The notes beneath the pieces were generated by a model, which saw only the letters and a program-made list of their open reading frames with translations, was not told the origin of the DNA and searched no databases. Below, in pieces: positions 47,353 through 56,669 of a stretch of DNA of 64,000 bases. The translations under genes and the position numbers were made by a program. The stretch's first letter is position 1, and the number at the start of each line of letters is the position of its first letter. The stretch is taken from IMG/VR virus record IMGVR_UViG_3300031703_000001, positions 1 through 64,000 of that record; one strand, 5' to 3'. The DNA is from a virus.

Positions 47353-49350
47353 ATGCCCATGAAACATTGGGTAATGGATTATGAAACTTTAAAAAATTGT
47401 TTTACAGGTGTATTTGAACATTACAAAACTCAGGAAACTGAAATATTTGTAATTCATGATCTGCAGAATGATTTGGAGAAGTTCATTAATTTCCTAGAAA
47501 ATAATATAAAAAACAAAGAGTGGCATATATCCTACAATGGATTAGCATTTGATGCGCAGGTCACTCACTATATAATAGACAATTGTGTCTTATGGAAGAA
47601 CTTAGATGGATGTGAAATAGCCAATATTATTTATAACTATGCACAAAAGTGTATCATAAAGTCTAATAACAAAGAGTTTAGTGATTATCCACAGTGGAAA
47701 ATGAAAATGGGCCAAATTGATGTATTTAAAATGCACCATTGGGATAACCCTGCTAAACGTTCAAGTCTAAAATGGATTCAGTATAGTATGGATTGGCAAA
47801 ACATTATTGATATGCCTATTCATCATGAAACTGAAATACATACGCAAGCAGAGATAGATCTTATATTAGAATACTGTGTTAATGACGTAAGGTCAACAAA
47901 GGAAATCTATAACAGATCTAAATCACAGATAAAATTAAGAAAAGAACTTACTAAAGAATATGGCATTGATTTATTTAGTGCATCTGAACCTAGAATAAGT
48001 AAAGAAATATTTGGTTACTTTTTAACTAAAAAACTTAACATACCAAAGAGAGATCTCAAGCAAATGAGAACTCACAGAGATATAATTAAAGTTAAGGATA
48101 TATTATTACCTTATATTAAATTTACTTCACCTGAGTTTAATGTGTTACTTGATAGGTTTAAAGCTATAGAAGTTGATGCAATGAATCTTAAAGGTAGCTT
48201 TAAGTACAACATCCTGTACAAGAATGTGAATACACATTTTGGTTTAGGTGGTGTGCACGGTGCTGCTAGCAAAGGTGTTTATGAACCGGATGATGATATG
48301 ATGATTATGTCATCTGATGTTACCAGTTTTTATCCTAATCTTGCTATAAAGAACAAGTGGTCTCCAGGACATTTCCCAAAGGAAGAATTCTGTGACCAGT
48401 ATGAATGGTTTTTTGAAGAGCGTAAGAAGATCCCTAAGAGCAATCCAATGAATTATGTATATAAGATTATACTTAACTCTACTTTTGGCCTTAGTAATGA
48501 TGTGAATAGCTTCTTTTATGACCCAGAGCTTTGTATGAGGATTACAATTAATGGTCAACTTACCTTAATGATGCTTTATGAGCAAATTATGGAAAGAATA
48601 CCGGGTGCAATTCCTTTATTACAGAACACGGATGGTGTTGAGACCATTATACCAAAGGCTTATTATGATGAGTACATGAAGATATGTGAGGAATGGCAAG
48701 AAATTACCAATCTAAACTTAGAACATGATGAATATCAGAAATTAATTTTAGGTGATGTCAACAACTACATAGGAATAAACAAATATGTGGAAGTAGATAT
48801 TACAAAATGGAGAGATATAAAAGATGCTAATCCTCACTACCTGTTTAAGGTTGAGAATGATAAGTTTAGTTTTGCTCCAGTAAAGTTAAAAGGCAGGTTT
48901 AATTTTCATGATTTGCAATTACACAAGAATAAATCTAAATTGATTATACCCAAAGCAATTTACCAGTACTTTGTACATAATATACTTCCAGAAGAATATA
49001 TTAATACAAACAAGAATATATTGGACTATTGTATTGGTGGTAAATCTAAAGGAAGATGGAAGCAAGTGGCCAGGTATATTAATCAAGGGGCTTATACTGA
49101 AGATGATCTACAAAAGATTAATAGATATTATATATCTAAATCCGGAGTTAAAATTGTTAAAGTAAACAAAGATGATCAAAGGGAAATTCAATTGGAAGCA
49201 GGTCGTTGGTTACAGGTTGTATTTAATGATATGCAAATTAAACCAAAGTGGGAAGACTATAACATTGATAAAAAGTACTATCTTGACTCTATAGAAGAAG
49301 AAATAAATAGTATTATTAATGTATCATCTAATCAATTAAAACTTTTTTAA
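47353..49350 (+). CDS. DNA polymerase, family B, with 3'-5' exonuclease
   Basis: Exo motifs DYE, YNGLAFD, YCVND; Pol motifs DVTSFYP, KIILNSTFG, NTDG. Confidence 0.9.
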   Translation: MPMKHWVMDYETLKNCFTGVFEHYKTQETEIFVIHDLQNDLEKFINFLENNIKNKEWHISYNGLAFDAQVTHYIIDNCVLWKNLDGCEIANIIYNYAQKCIIKSNNKEFSDYPQWKMKMGQIDVFKMHHWDNPAKRSSLKWIQYSMDWQNIIDMPIHHETEIHTQAEIDLILEYCVNDVRSTKEIYNRSKSQIKLRKELTKEYGIDLFSASEPRISKEIFGYFLTKKLNIPKRDLKQMRTHRDIIKVKDILLPYIKFTSPEFNVLLDRFKAIEVDAMNLKGSFKYNILYKNVNTHFGLGGVHGAASKGVYEPDDDMMIMSSDVTSFYPNLAIKNKWSPGHFPKEEFCDQYEWFFEERKKIPKSNPMNYVYKIILNSTFGLSNDVNSFFYDPELCMRITINGQLTLMMLYEQIMERIPGAIPLLQNTDGVETIIPKAYYDEYMKICEEWQEITNLNLEHDEYQKLILGDVNNYIGINKYVEVDITKWRDIKDANPHYLFKVENDKFSFAPVKLKGRFNFHDLQLHKNKSKLIIPKAIYQYFVHNILPEEYINTNKNILDYCIGGKSKGRWKQVARYINQGAYTEDDLQKINRYYISKSGVKIVKVNKDDQREIQLEAGRWLQVVFNDMQIKPKWEDYNIDKKYYLDSIEEEINSIINVSSNQLKLF

Positions 49351-50006
49351 TGGAAAACACAAGTAAAAAGACCCCCAAAGGGGCCATAAAGTTTACAATA
49401 ACTTTGTCAGAAGAGCAGAAAGATGCCAAAACTCAAATACTGAAGCATCCTTTTAATTTTATAGTTGGTAAAGCCGGTAGTGGTAAAACACTACTTGCCG
49501 TCCAAGTAGGTCTGGATCAGTTTTTTAAAAGAAACTTTGATAAGATAATTATTACTAGACCAACTATATCTACAGAAGACAATGGATTCTTACCGGGGTC
49601 AGAGAAGGAGAAAATGGAACCATGGTTAGTACCCATTAGATCTAATATGAGAAAGGTTTATAACAAACCACCTGTATTAGAAAGAATGGAGACTAATGAA
49701 GAAATTGAATTGGTTTCTTTAGCACACTTCCGTGGTAGAACATTTAACAATTCTATAGTTATTATAGATGAGTTTCAAAATCTTACCAGAGCCCAACTGG
49801 CAATGGTATTAGGAAGACTAGGTAAAAATTCAATAATGATGTTATGTGGTGATAATCAACAGATTGACTTAAAGGATAGAAACTATTCAGCAATACATGA
49901 AGTTGCCAAGATAATTGGTTCAAAGTATGTGAATAAAGTAATCCTGCAAGATAATCACCGTCATGAATCTCTTATTGAGGTATTAGAACTATTAGCAACA
50001 AACTAA
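49350..50006 (+). CDS. phoH: PhoH-like ATPase
   Basis: GKAGSGKT, ITRP, GFLPG, RGRTF, IDEFQN, GDNQQID. Confidence 0.9.
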   Translation: MENTSKKTPKGAIKFTITLSEEQKDAKTQILKHPFNFIVGKAGSGKTLLAVQVGLDQFFKRNFDKIIITRPTISTEDNGFLPGSEKEKMEPWLVPIRSNMRKVYNKPPVLERMETNEEIELVSLAHFRGRTFNNSIVIIDEFQNLTRAQLAMVLGRLGKNSIMMLCGDNQQIDLKDRNYSAIHEVAKIIGSKYVNKVILQDNHRHESLIEVLELLATN

Positions 50007-50008
50007 AA

Positions 50009-50374
50009 ATGGAAAATAAATGTACAACAGTAGAGATCTCTAAACAAGATCAAATAAATGAAGACTTTTTTAAAGTAATCCATAATACATTGGGTGAACT
50101 AAAAGATTTACTTCTTGTAAAAGGCAAGGAGTATGTGAGAAATAATGATGTATATCATAACTTCAATCAAGGTGCCATAATGAAAGGTACTACACCTGAG
50201 AAAGCCTTGGATGGTTTTCTTTTAAAACATGAAGTGTCTATAAATGATATGACCAATGATCTGGATGATGGCATACTGCCTTCTAAAGATAAAGTCATAG
50301 AGAAGTTTAATGATAACATGATCTACTTACTTATTAAGAAAGCAATGATATTAAATAGGATTAAAAATGAGTAA
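50009..50374 (+). CDS. DUF1599/Nmad-like all-alpha NTP-pyrophosphatase-fold protein
   Basis: KGKEY..NF..KH..D..Y pattern. Confidence 0.45.
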   Translation: MENKCTTVEISKQDQINEDFFKVIHNTLGELKDLLLVKGKEYVRNNDVYHNFNQGAIMKGTTPEKALDGFLLKHEVSINDMTNDLDDGILPSKDKVIEKFNDNMIYLLIKKAMILNRIKNE

Positions 50375-50690
50375 AAAAATGGATTATTTTGAATTAGAAT
50401 GTGCCGTTGAAGAATGGGCACATGAAAAAGGGATTATGGCTAAGGCCAGTCCTATGGCACAAGCCTTAAAAACAATGGAAGAGTGCACGGAGCTCTGTAC
50501 AGCAATTAACAATAAAGACCGGGAAGAAATTGTAGATGCAATGGGTGATATAATGGTAACATTAATCATACAAGCAAAAATGCAAAACGTTTCTTTGGAG
50601 TCTTGTTTAGAATCAGCTTATCATATTATAAGCAAAAGGACTGGTAGAATGATTAGAGGACAATTTGTAAAAGATCCAACAATACTTTGA
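50367..50690 (+). CDS. MazG-like nucleotide pyrophosphohydrolase
   Basis: QALKTMEECTEL..DAMGD..CLESAYHIISKRTG. Confidence 0.8.
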   Translation: MSKKMDYFELECAVEEWAHEKGIMAKASPMAQALKTMEECTELCTAINNKDREEIVDAMGDIMVTLIIQAKMQNVSLESCLESAYHIISKRTGRMIRGQFVKDPTIL

Positions 50691-50736
50691 TAAACTAATT
50701 ATATTTACTACCTTTACACATTAAAAGTTTAAACAT

Positions 50737-51660
50737 ATGCGCTATAAAAAAGCAACAGAAACAACAAAAACTTACTTAGAGAATGCCACCTTACCTAGCC
50801 ATGGTAAGAGTTATACAGTTATATCACACAAACAAGTGATAGATAACACAAAAATTTTATTGGAGGATAGTGGATTTACTATCCGTAAAGAAATATATAG
50901 AGCAAACATGAATGCCCAAGTAGCACAGGGTATATATCATATTTATCCTTCTCAGTCTCAAGATGACGTAATAGCAGGAGAGAAAGAACTAGGAATGATG
51001 TTTGCCTGGACAAACTCTTATGACAAGAGTACAAGATTCCAATGCGCTATTGGAGCATACGTTATGGTATGTGATAATGGTATGGTAGCCGGAGACATGA
51101 TGAATTTCAAAAGAAAACATACTGGATCAGCAGGCCATGATATGGTTGTACAATTAAGTAACCAAATTAAAAATGGTGAAAAACATTATACACGCATATT
51201 AGCAGACAGGGATTCATTAAAAGGTACAATATTGAACAAACGTAAACAATCTGAATTACTAGGAAGACTGTTTGCAGATGATGAAATTATTACCGCAACT
51301 CAAGTTACGTGTATCAAGAAAGAAATGAATAAACCATCTTATGATTATGATTGTAATGATGACAATGCATGGGCTTTCTATAATCACGTAACACATTCAC
51401 TAAAAATGTCCCCACCAAGAGATTGGATGCAGGACAGCCAAAACTTTCATGACTTTATGATGACAGAAGTATTATCAAACGCAGCAGGATCACAATCAAG
51501 TGACGTAGACTTTAGTAATTTGCAAACTACAATAGATGAAAATTTTGATACCAGTGAGGTACAAGATATAATCTTGGAATCAAGTGGAGCAATAGAAATA
51601 GATGAGGATATTACACCTCTTCAATTAGCATATGAAACATATACAGCACATAATTGGTAA
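50737..51660 (+). CDS. DUF932/DUF945-like protein
   Basis: YTVISH, NSYDKS, VCDNGMV, KRKHTG, AWAFYNHVTH. Confidence 0.7.
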   Translation: MRYKKATETTKTYLENATLPSHGKSYTVISHKQVIDNTKILLEDSGFTIRKEIYRANMNAQVAQGIYHIYPSQSQDDVIAGEKELGMMFAWTNSYDKSTRFQCAIGAYVMVCDNGMVAGDMMNFKRKHTGSAGHDMVVQLSNQIKNGEKHYTRILADRDSLKGTILNKRKQSELLGRLFADDEIITATQVTCIKKEMNKPSYDYDCNDDNAWAFYNHVTHSLKMSPPRDWMQDSQNFHDFMMTEVLSNAAGSQSSDVDFSNLQTTIDENFDTSEVQDIILESSGAIEIDEDITPLQLAYETYTAHNW

Positions 51661-51695
51661 CAATACTACAAATATTGGCTCTGATTGGTTGTATC

Positions 51696-51703
51696 TACAT
51701 TTG
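51696..51703 (+). promoter_or_regulatory. Bacteroidota -7 element (TACATTTG) upstream of groEL
   Basis: TAnnTTTG consensus. Confidence 0.5.
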
Positions 51704-51824
51704 TACTAAAAACAAATTAGGAAACTAAAAAGTAAAAGACTGGGGGAATTAATAGTTCCTCTGGTTACTTTTACATAAGTTTTCCTATGCGTTTTATAAA
51801 ATTAACAGTAAAATAGAAACTAAA

Positions 51825-53456
51825 ATGAAAAACATAAAATTTAATACAGAAGCTAGAAATGGCTTGAAAGATGGAGTTGATGCCCTGGCAAATGCTGTAA
51901 AGGTAACATTAGGCCCAAAAGGAAGAAATGTAATTATTAGTAAATTCTTTGGAGGACCTCAAGTTACTAAAGATGGTGTTACAGTTGCAAAAGAAATTGA
52001 ACTTGAAGACCCCTTAGAAAATATGGGTGCTCAAATGGTTAAAGAAGTTGCTTCTAAGACTAATGATCTTGCAGGTGATGGAACTACAACCGCTACTGTA
52101 TTAGCTCAGGCTATAATACATGAAGGTTTAAAGAATGTTGCAGCAGGCGCTAATCCAATGGATTTAAAAAGAGGGATTGATAAAGCTGTTTCAGTAATAG
52201 TTGCAAATTTACATGAACAATCTATAACAATAGGTGATTCATTAGATAGACTAAAACAAGTGGCTTCTATTTCTGCAAACAATGATGCTGAAATTGGTGA
52301 TTTAATTGCCAATGCATTTACCAAAGTTGGTAAAGAAGGTGTTATTACTGTAGAAGAGGCTAAAGGTATGGAAACATATGTTGATGTTGTGGAAGGAATG
52401 CAATTTGATAGAGGTTTCTTATCTCCTTACTTTGTAACTAACCCGGATAAGATGAGTGCTGAACTAGAAAATCCATACATTTTAATAGTTGATAGAAAAA
52501 TATCTAATATGAAAGACCTACTTCCTATATTGGAACCGGTTGCTCAAACAGGTAAAGGTTTATTGATTGTTGCAGAAGATGTTGACGGAGAAGCCTTAGC
52601 TACCTTAGTAGTGAACAAATTAAGAGGTGGTCTTAAGATTGCTGCAGTTAAAGCTCCTGGCTTTGGTGCAAGAAGAAAAGACATGCTTGAAGATTTGGCA
52701 ATATTAACGGGTGCAACAGTTATCTCTGAAGAGAAAGGTGTTACTCTTGATGATGTTAGTATTGATATGTTAGGACATGCTTCATCTGTATCTGTAGATA
52801 AAGACAACACTACCATTATAAATGGTTCAGGTGATCAGGATAAACTTAATGCAAGAATTATTCAGATAAAGGGTCAAATAGAGACAATGGAAAGTGCTTA
52901 TGAGACAGAAAGATTGCAAGAACGTTTAGCTAAGTTAGCAGGTGGTGTTGCAGTTTTATATGTTGGTGCAGCTTCTGAAGTTGAAATGAGAGAAAAGAAA
53001 GATAGAGTTGATGATGCACTTGCTGCAACAAAAGCTGCTGTTGAAGAAGGTGTAGTTGCTGGAGGCGGTGTTGCTTTGCTTAGAGCTGGTTTAATACTTG
53101 AAGGATTGGTAAGCCCAACTCCTGATGAAAGTGTTGGTATTGGTATTATTGCAAAAGCAATCTTAGCTCCATTCAAAACTATCTGTGAAAATGCAGGTGT
53201 TAGTGCTGATGTAAAATTAGACGGTGTATTATCTAGACCAAGTGGAACTGGATATGATGCAAAGGATGATGCGTATGTTGAAATGTTTGATGCAGGGATT
53301 ATTGATCCGTGTAAAGTAACTAGAGTTGCATTAGAAAATGCAGCTTCTGTTTCTGGAATGATTTTAACTACGGAATGTGCTTTGGTGAATACTACAGGTA
53401 AACCATCTGCAGGAGACATGCCTGAAATGCCAGGTGGAATGCCCGGAATGATGTAG
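51825..53456 (+). CDS. groEL: Chaperonin GroEL
   Basis: [39 protein letters not shown]-terminus. Confidence 0.97.
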   Translation: MKNIKFNTEARNGLKDGVDALANAVKVTLGPKGRNVIISKFFGGPQVTKDGVTVAKEIELEDPLENMGAQMVKEVASKTNDLAGDGTTTATVLAQAIIHEGLKNVAAGANPMDLKRGIDKAVSVIVANLHEQSITIGDSLDRLKQVASISANNDAEIGDLIANAFTKVGKEGVITVEEAKGMETYVDVVEGMQFDRGFLSPYFVTNPDKMSAELENPYILIVDRKISNMKDLLPILEPVAQTGKGLLIVAEDVDGEALATLVVNKLRGGLKIAAVKAPGFGARRKDMLEDLAILTGATVISEEKGVTLDDVSIDMLGHASSVSVDKDNTTIINGSGDQDKLNARIIQIKGQIETMESAYETERLQERLAKLAGGVAVLYVGAASEVEMREKKDRVDDALAATKAAVEEGVVAGGGVALLRAGLILEGLVSPTPDESVGIGIIAKAILAPFKTICENAGVSADVKLDGVLSRPSGTGYDAKDDAYVEMFDAGIIDPCKVTRVALENAASVSGMILTTECALVNTTGKPSAGDMPEMPGGMPGMM

Positions 53457-53479
53457 TAACTTACATAATAATAATTAAT

Positions 53480-53507
53480 GAGGGGAACAATATCAACTGT
53501 TCCCCTC
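53480..53507. terminator. Bidirectional terminator
   Basis: GAGGGGAACA/TGTTCCCCTC between convergent genes. Confidence 0.75.
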
Positions 53508-53540
53508 TTATTATTTTATAAATATATTATTAAATTCTAA

Positions 53541-55706
53541 TTATTCCCACATTACTACATTTACTGCTGCATTGATTGCTTTTGCATCTATACTAACCAT
53601 ATTAATTGAATATCCAGTAGTTGTTTTTTTATTTACCCAACCACGTGTTCCACCACCCATTACATTTGTATCTTCAAAAGTTAAATTAACCATATAATCT
53701 GCATTGGAAACTCCAGTTGCAAATGTAACATCATATATTCCTACCGGACCTTGTTTAACCATAAAGGCTCCAAGATTAGATATACTGTTAGTATTACTTA
53801 AAGCAACTGTATCACCTTGAACGGCAACACTTTTAATAGTACCAAAAACAGCCAAAGGTCCTATACCTATTAACTTCTTTACATCGTCCATTGTTACTTT
53901 ATGGACATTTTGAGATTTAGCATCATGAAACATGATATAATCATCAAGATCTATTTGAGAAACTACAGGTGCTGAATAAACAACATTATCAAGACCTAAA
54001 TAATCAACCTCAACTGTGCTACCAGATATTGTAACACCTGGGCCTCCAGTATATGAACCACCTGTACCATTTGATGCAGAAGTAATACGTCCTTGTTGAT
54101 CAACTGTAATATTAGCTGCTGTATAAGTACCTGCTGACACAGCTGTATTATCAAGACTTATTTGTATTGAATCTGTAGCTTGAGAAACAGTAGTTAAACC
54201 TATACCACCTTTTAATAATAAAGTATCACCATCACTAATTGTCTGTGCTGCACCAGTATCACCTGTTGCTATCCAATGTGTACTTAAACCTGAAGTCCAT
54301 GGTATATTAACCACGGCTTGATTTTGATCATTGAATTGAACACCATAAGTTCTATCATCCACATTAGTTATTGAATTTACTGCAGTAGTTTGAACAAGAT
54401 CGCTATATAATTTAACACCTCCAATTGTGGTTGATGTTGCATATGGGAGTGAACTTTGTATCCAAGGTACATTAACAACCAATTGCCCATTATCATTAAA
54501 TTGAACACCGTAAGTTCTTTTAGCAACTTCAGATACTCCTTCAGCAATAATTGTCTGAACTGTATCAAACCTAAGTTTACCAATACCTTGAATAACTGAT
54601 GTCATTACCGGTACTGCTGAAGGAATAATTGGAAAAGTAACAAGATTACCTAACCCATTAATATAATCATTAGATGTACCATTTGCTGTTATATCAACAT
54701 CTGCATTTGTAGTTGGATTACTTACAGTAACACTAAATGCTGTTCCAGCATGAGTTGCTCCTACACTAACTACAGAACCGCTACCTCCACCACCTGTTGC
54801 ATAATTGGGAACATTTAATATTCCACTTATTAAGGTAGATGGCCCTGATGTTCCAGTTGTTGTTAAACCTGTAACAATACCTTGAGGTCCTAAAGCAAGT
54901 ATATCTTGTAAATTAACAGCATGAACTGTATCATCATCTTTATCACTAAACATGAAATAATCATCAAGCGCAACTGCTGATGATCCACTTGCAAGAATAA
55001 TGTTTTGGTCAGTTGAATATAATGCTCCAATAATAGGATCTACACTAGTCCCTGTTAACTCTAAACCTGCAGCTACATTAACACTTGTTACTGTACCATA
55101 AGTTGTATCAACCCAAGTAACGTTTGTTCCTGTTGAACTTAATACTTGACCTGCTGCACCCGGAGAACTAGCTCCATCATATAAATGACCTTGAATGCCA
55201 ACGCTTGCTTCAAAAGTTACTAATTCAGTATCTGAATCAGATCCAATACTTAAATTTCCTGGAGATTGAACCATTGCTATTGGTCCAGCATCCCCTATTG
55301 TTGTGGCACTTGTCCACATTGCTATATTATTAATAGTACCTGATCCTCCTATTTCACTAGCAGCATCAATTTTTATAACACCAGCTGTATCAGTCAATGT
55401 TATATTAGTTCCTGCTTCAAGTGTAACTAAATCAATTGTAGAATCAGATCCTACAAGTGTTAAGTCAACATTTAAACCAGATTGAGCACTAACTAAATCA
55501 TATGTAGTATCATTACTTGGAAGAGCAGCTATAAAATCATCCATACGTATAATGAATGGTTCCATTTTAGGCGCGTAACTAGCACCCGTATTCAAACTGC
55601 TATTCTTTACTCTACCAAATTCAATATAATCTGATGAAAGTTTAAGAATGTCTTTTCTTTTTCCAATTTTTAAGAGACCTAAAACCTCTTGTATAAATAT
55701 ACTCAT
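53541..55706 (-). CDS. Fibre-like virion protein (721 aa)
   Basis: G/T/S-rich; AGTYTAANITVDQQGRITSAS motif; internal duplications; modules shared with 805..2910. Confidence 0.75.
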   Translation of the reverse strand: MSIFIQEVLGLLKIGKRKDILKLSSDYIEFGRVKNSSLNTGASYAPKMEPFIIRMDDFIAALPSNDTTYDLVSAQSGLNVDLTLVGSDSTIDLVTLEAGTNITLTDTAGVIKIDAASEIGGSGTINNIAMWTSATTIGDAGPIAMVQSPGNLSIGSDSDTELVTFEASVGIQGHLYDGASSPGAAGQVLSSTGTNVTWVDTTYGTVTSVNVAAGLELTGTSVDPIIGALYSTDQNIILASGSSAVALDDYFMFSDKDDDTVHAVNLQDILALGPQGIVTGLTTTGTSGPSTLISGILNVPNYATGGGGSGSVVSVGATHAGTAFSVTVSNPTTNADVDITANGTSNDYINGLGNLVTFPIIPSAVPVMTSVIQGIGKLRFDTVQTIIAEGVSEVAKRTYGVQFNDNGQLVVNVPWIQSSLPYATSTTIGGVKLYSDLVQTTAVNSITNVDDRTYGVQFNDQNQAVVNIPWTSGLSTHWIATGDTGAAQTISDGDTLLLKGGIGLTTVSQATDSIQISLDNTAVSAGTYTAANITVDQQGRITSASNGTGGSYTGGPGVTISGSTVEVDYLGLDNVVYSAPVVSQIDLDDYIMFHDAKSQNVHKVTMDDVKKLIGIGPLAVFGTIKSVAVQGDTVALSNTNSISNLGAFMVKQGPVGIYDVTFATGVSNADYMVNLTFEDTNVMGGGTRGWVNKKTTTGYSINMVSIDAKAINAAVNVVMWE

Positions 55707-55730
55707 AATATTGTTTGTTTATTTTACTTA

Positions 55731-55907
55731 TTATCTACCGCAACCTGGTTTCCATTTTGCTCCACCAGATTTTCTTCTAGCTCTTCTTCTGGCTCTTTTA
55801 GCTTTACCACCCGGACCTGGAGTAGAATCAGTAGATTCAACACCTGAGTAAAACCCAGATACATCTCCACCATCCATGAATTTCTTTGTTAATAATTTAT
55901 TATTCAT
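55731..55907 (-). CDS. 58-aa Arg-rich (protamine-like) protein
   Basis: MNNKLLTKKFMDGGDV...KAKRARRRARRKSGGAKWKPGCGR; same CAATATTATG start context as other virion genes; below the ORF-track cutoff. Confidence 0.6.
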   Translation of the reverse strand: MNNKLLTKKFMDGGDVSGFYSGVESTDSTPGPGGKAKRARRRARRKSGGAKWKPGCGR

Positions 55908-55919
55908 AATATTGTTTAT

Positions 55920-56381
55920 TTATTTTCTATTTTCTGCACTTGTACCATAGTAGTATGCAAATATGTTACTTATTACCACACCTTCAATCATACCCATTAA
56001 ATGTACAAAGAGATCATTCTCAAGTACTGCAGGTATATAAACCACAGCATAAATCATAAAAATGAAAGAGAATAAACCTGTTAAACCGGTTGCCAGCATC
56101 ATCCAATCTTGTTTGTTGGTCTTAGCTATTTCAACTTCTCTTTTTCTTGCTGAATCTCTATCTGCTACTTCTAAAGCATACATTTCTTGAACATAAGTAT
56201 CTGCTATTATTTTATCTTCAGCAGATATATTAGGATCACTCTTTATAAGATTGCTAACCATACCCAATACACCAGCATCTGGTAACAGATCCCCAGCAAT
56301 ATTCAATATACCTGGAGCTACCTTCATTAGGAACTTACCAAATTTGGTATCTCTAAATTTCTTTTTTGGTGTATCACTCAT
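55920..56381 (-). CDS. Holin (GTA_holin_3TM-like)
   Basis: ADRDSARKRE motif, two C-terminal TMs, YYYGTS. Confidence 0.75.
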   Translation of the reverse strand: MSDTPKKKFRDTKFGKFLMKVAPGILNIAGDLLPDAGVLGMVSNLIKSDPNISAEDKIIADTYVQEMYALEVADRDSARKREVEIAKTNKQDWMMLATGLTGLFSFIFMIYAVVYIPAVLENDLFVHLMGMIEGVVISNIFAYYYGTSAENRK

Positions 56382-56386
56382 AATTA

Positions 56387-56665
56387 CTAAATTATTGGTG
56401 TTATAGCTGTTATAATTCCGTTGACAACTGTCACATCTTTATCATCCGCACTGATAAATTTACCTGTTGCACCAACAACTGGAGCAGGTAATATCAAAGT
56501 TTTCAATGACTTAATTGTTATTAAATCAGTTTCAACCTTTGGGTGAGGTTTCATTCTTTCTTGAGCGGTAGCATACCTTGCTATAGCAATATAATCTTCT
56601 GTTCTAGGTGTTACAGCTTTCTTTCTTGAAAGCATTCCCATCATGTCTTGTAGTAGAGTACTCAT
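56387..56665 (-). CDS. Small virion protein
   Basis: N-terminus related to 53541 and 56670; C-terminal VTVVNGIITAI fibre-type motif. Confidence 0.55.
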   Translation of the reverse strand: MSTLLQDMMGMLSRKKAVTPRTEDYIAIARYATAQERMKPHPKVETDLITIKSLKTLILPAPVVGATGKFISADDKDVTVVNGIITAITPII

Positions 56666-56669
56666 ATGT

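Noticed and set aside
44889-47693. Perfect DnaA boxes at 44889 (TGTGGATAA) and 47685 (TTATCCACA)
   Set aside because: Isolated, inside coding sequence, and about the number expected by chance in 64 kb of AT-rich DNA
51660-51825. CIRCE/HrcA operator upstream of groEL
   Set aside because: No TTAGCACTC-N9-GAGTGCTAA match
54320-54520. Near-identical 26-nt repeats in the 721-aa fibre gene as a possible DGR TR/VR pair
   Set aside because: Short, both in-frame within one gene, differences are synonymous rather than adenine-specific, and no reverse transcriptase is present
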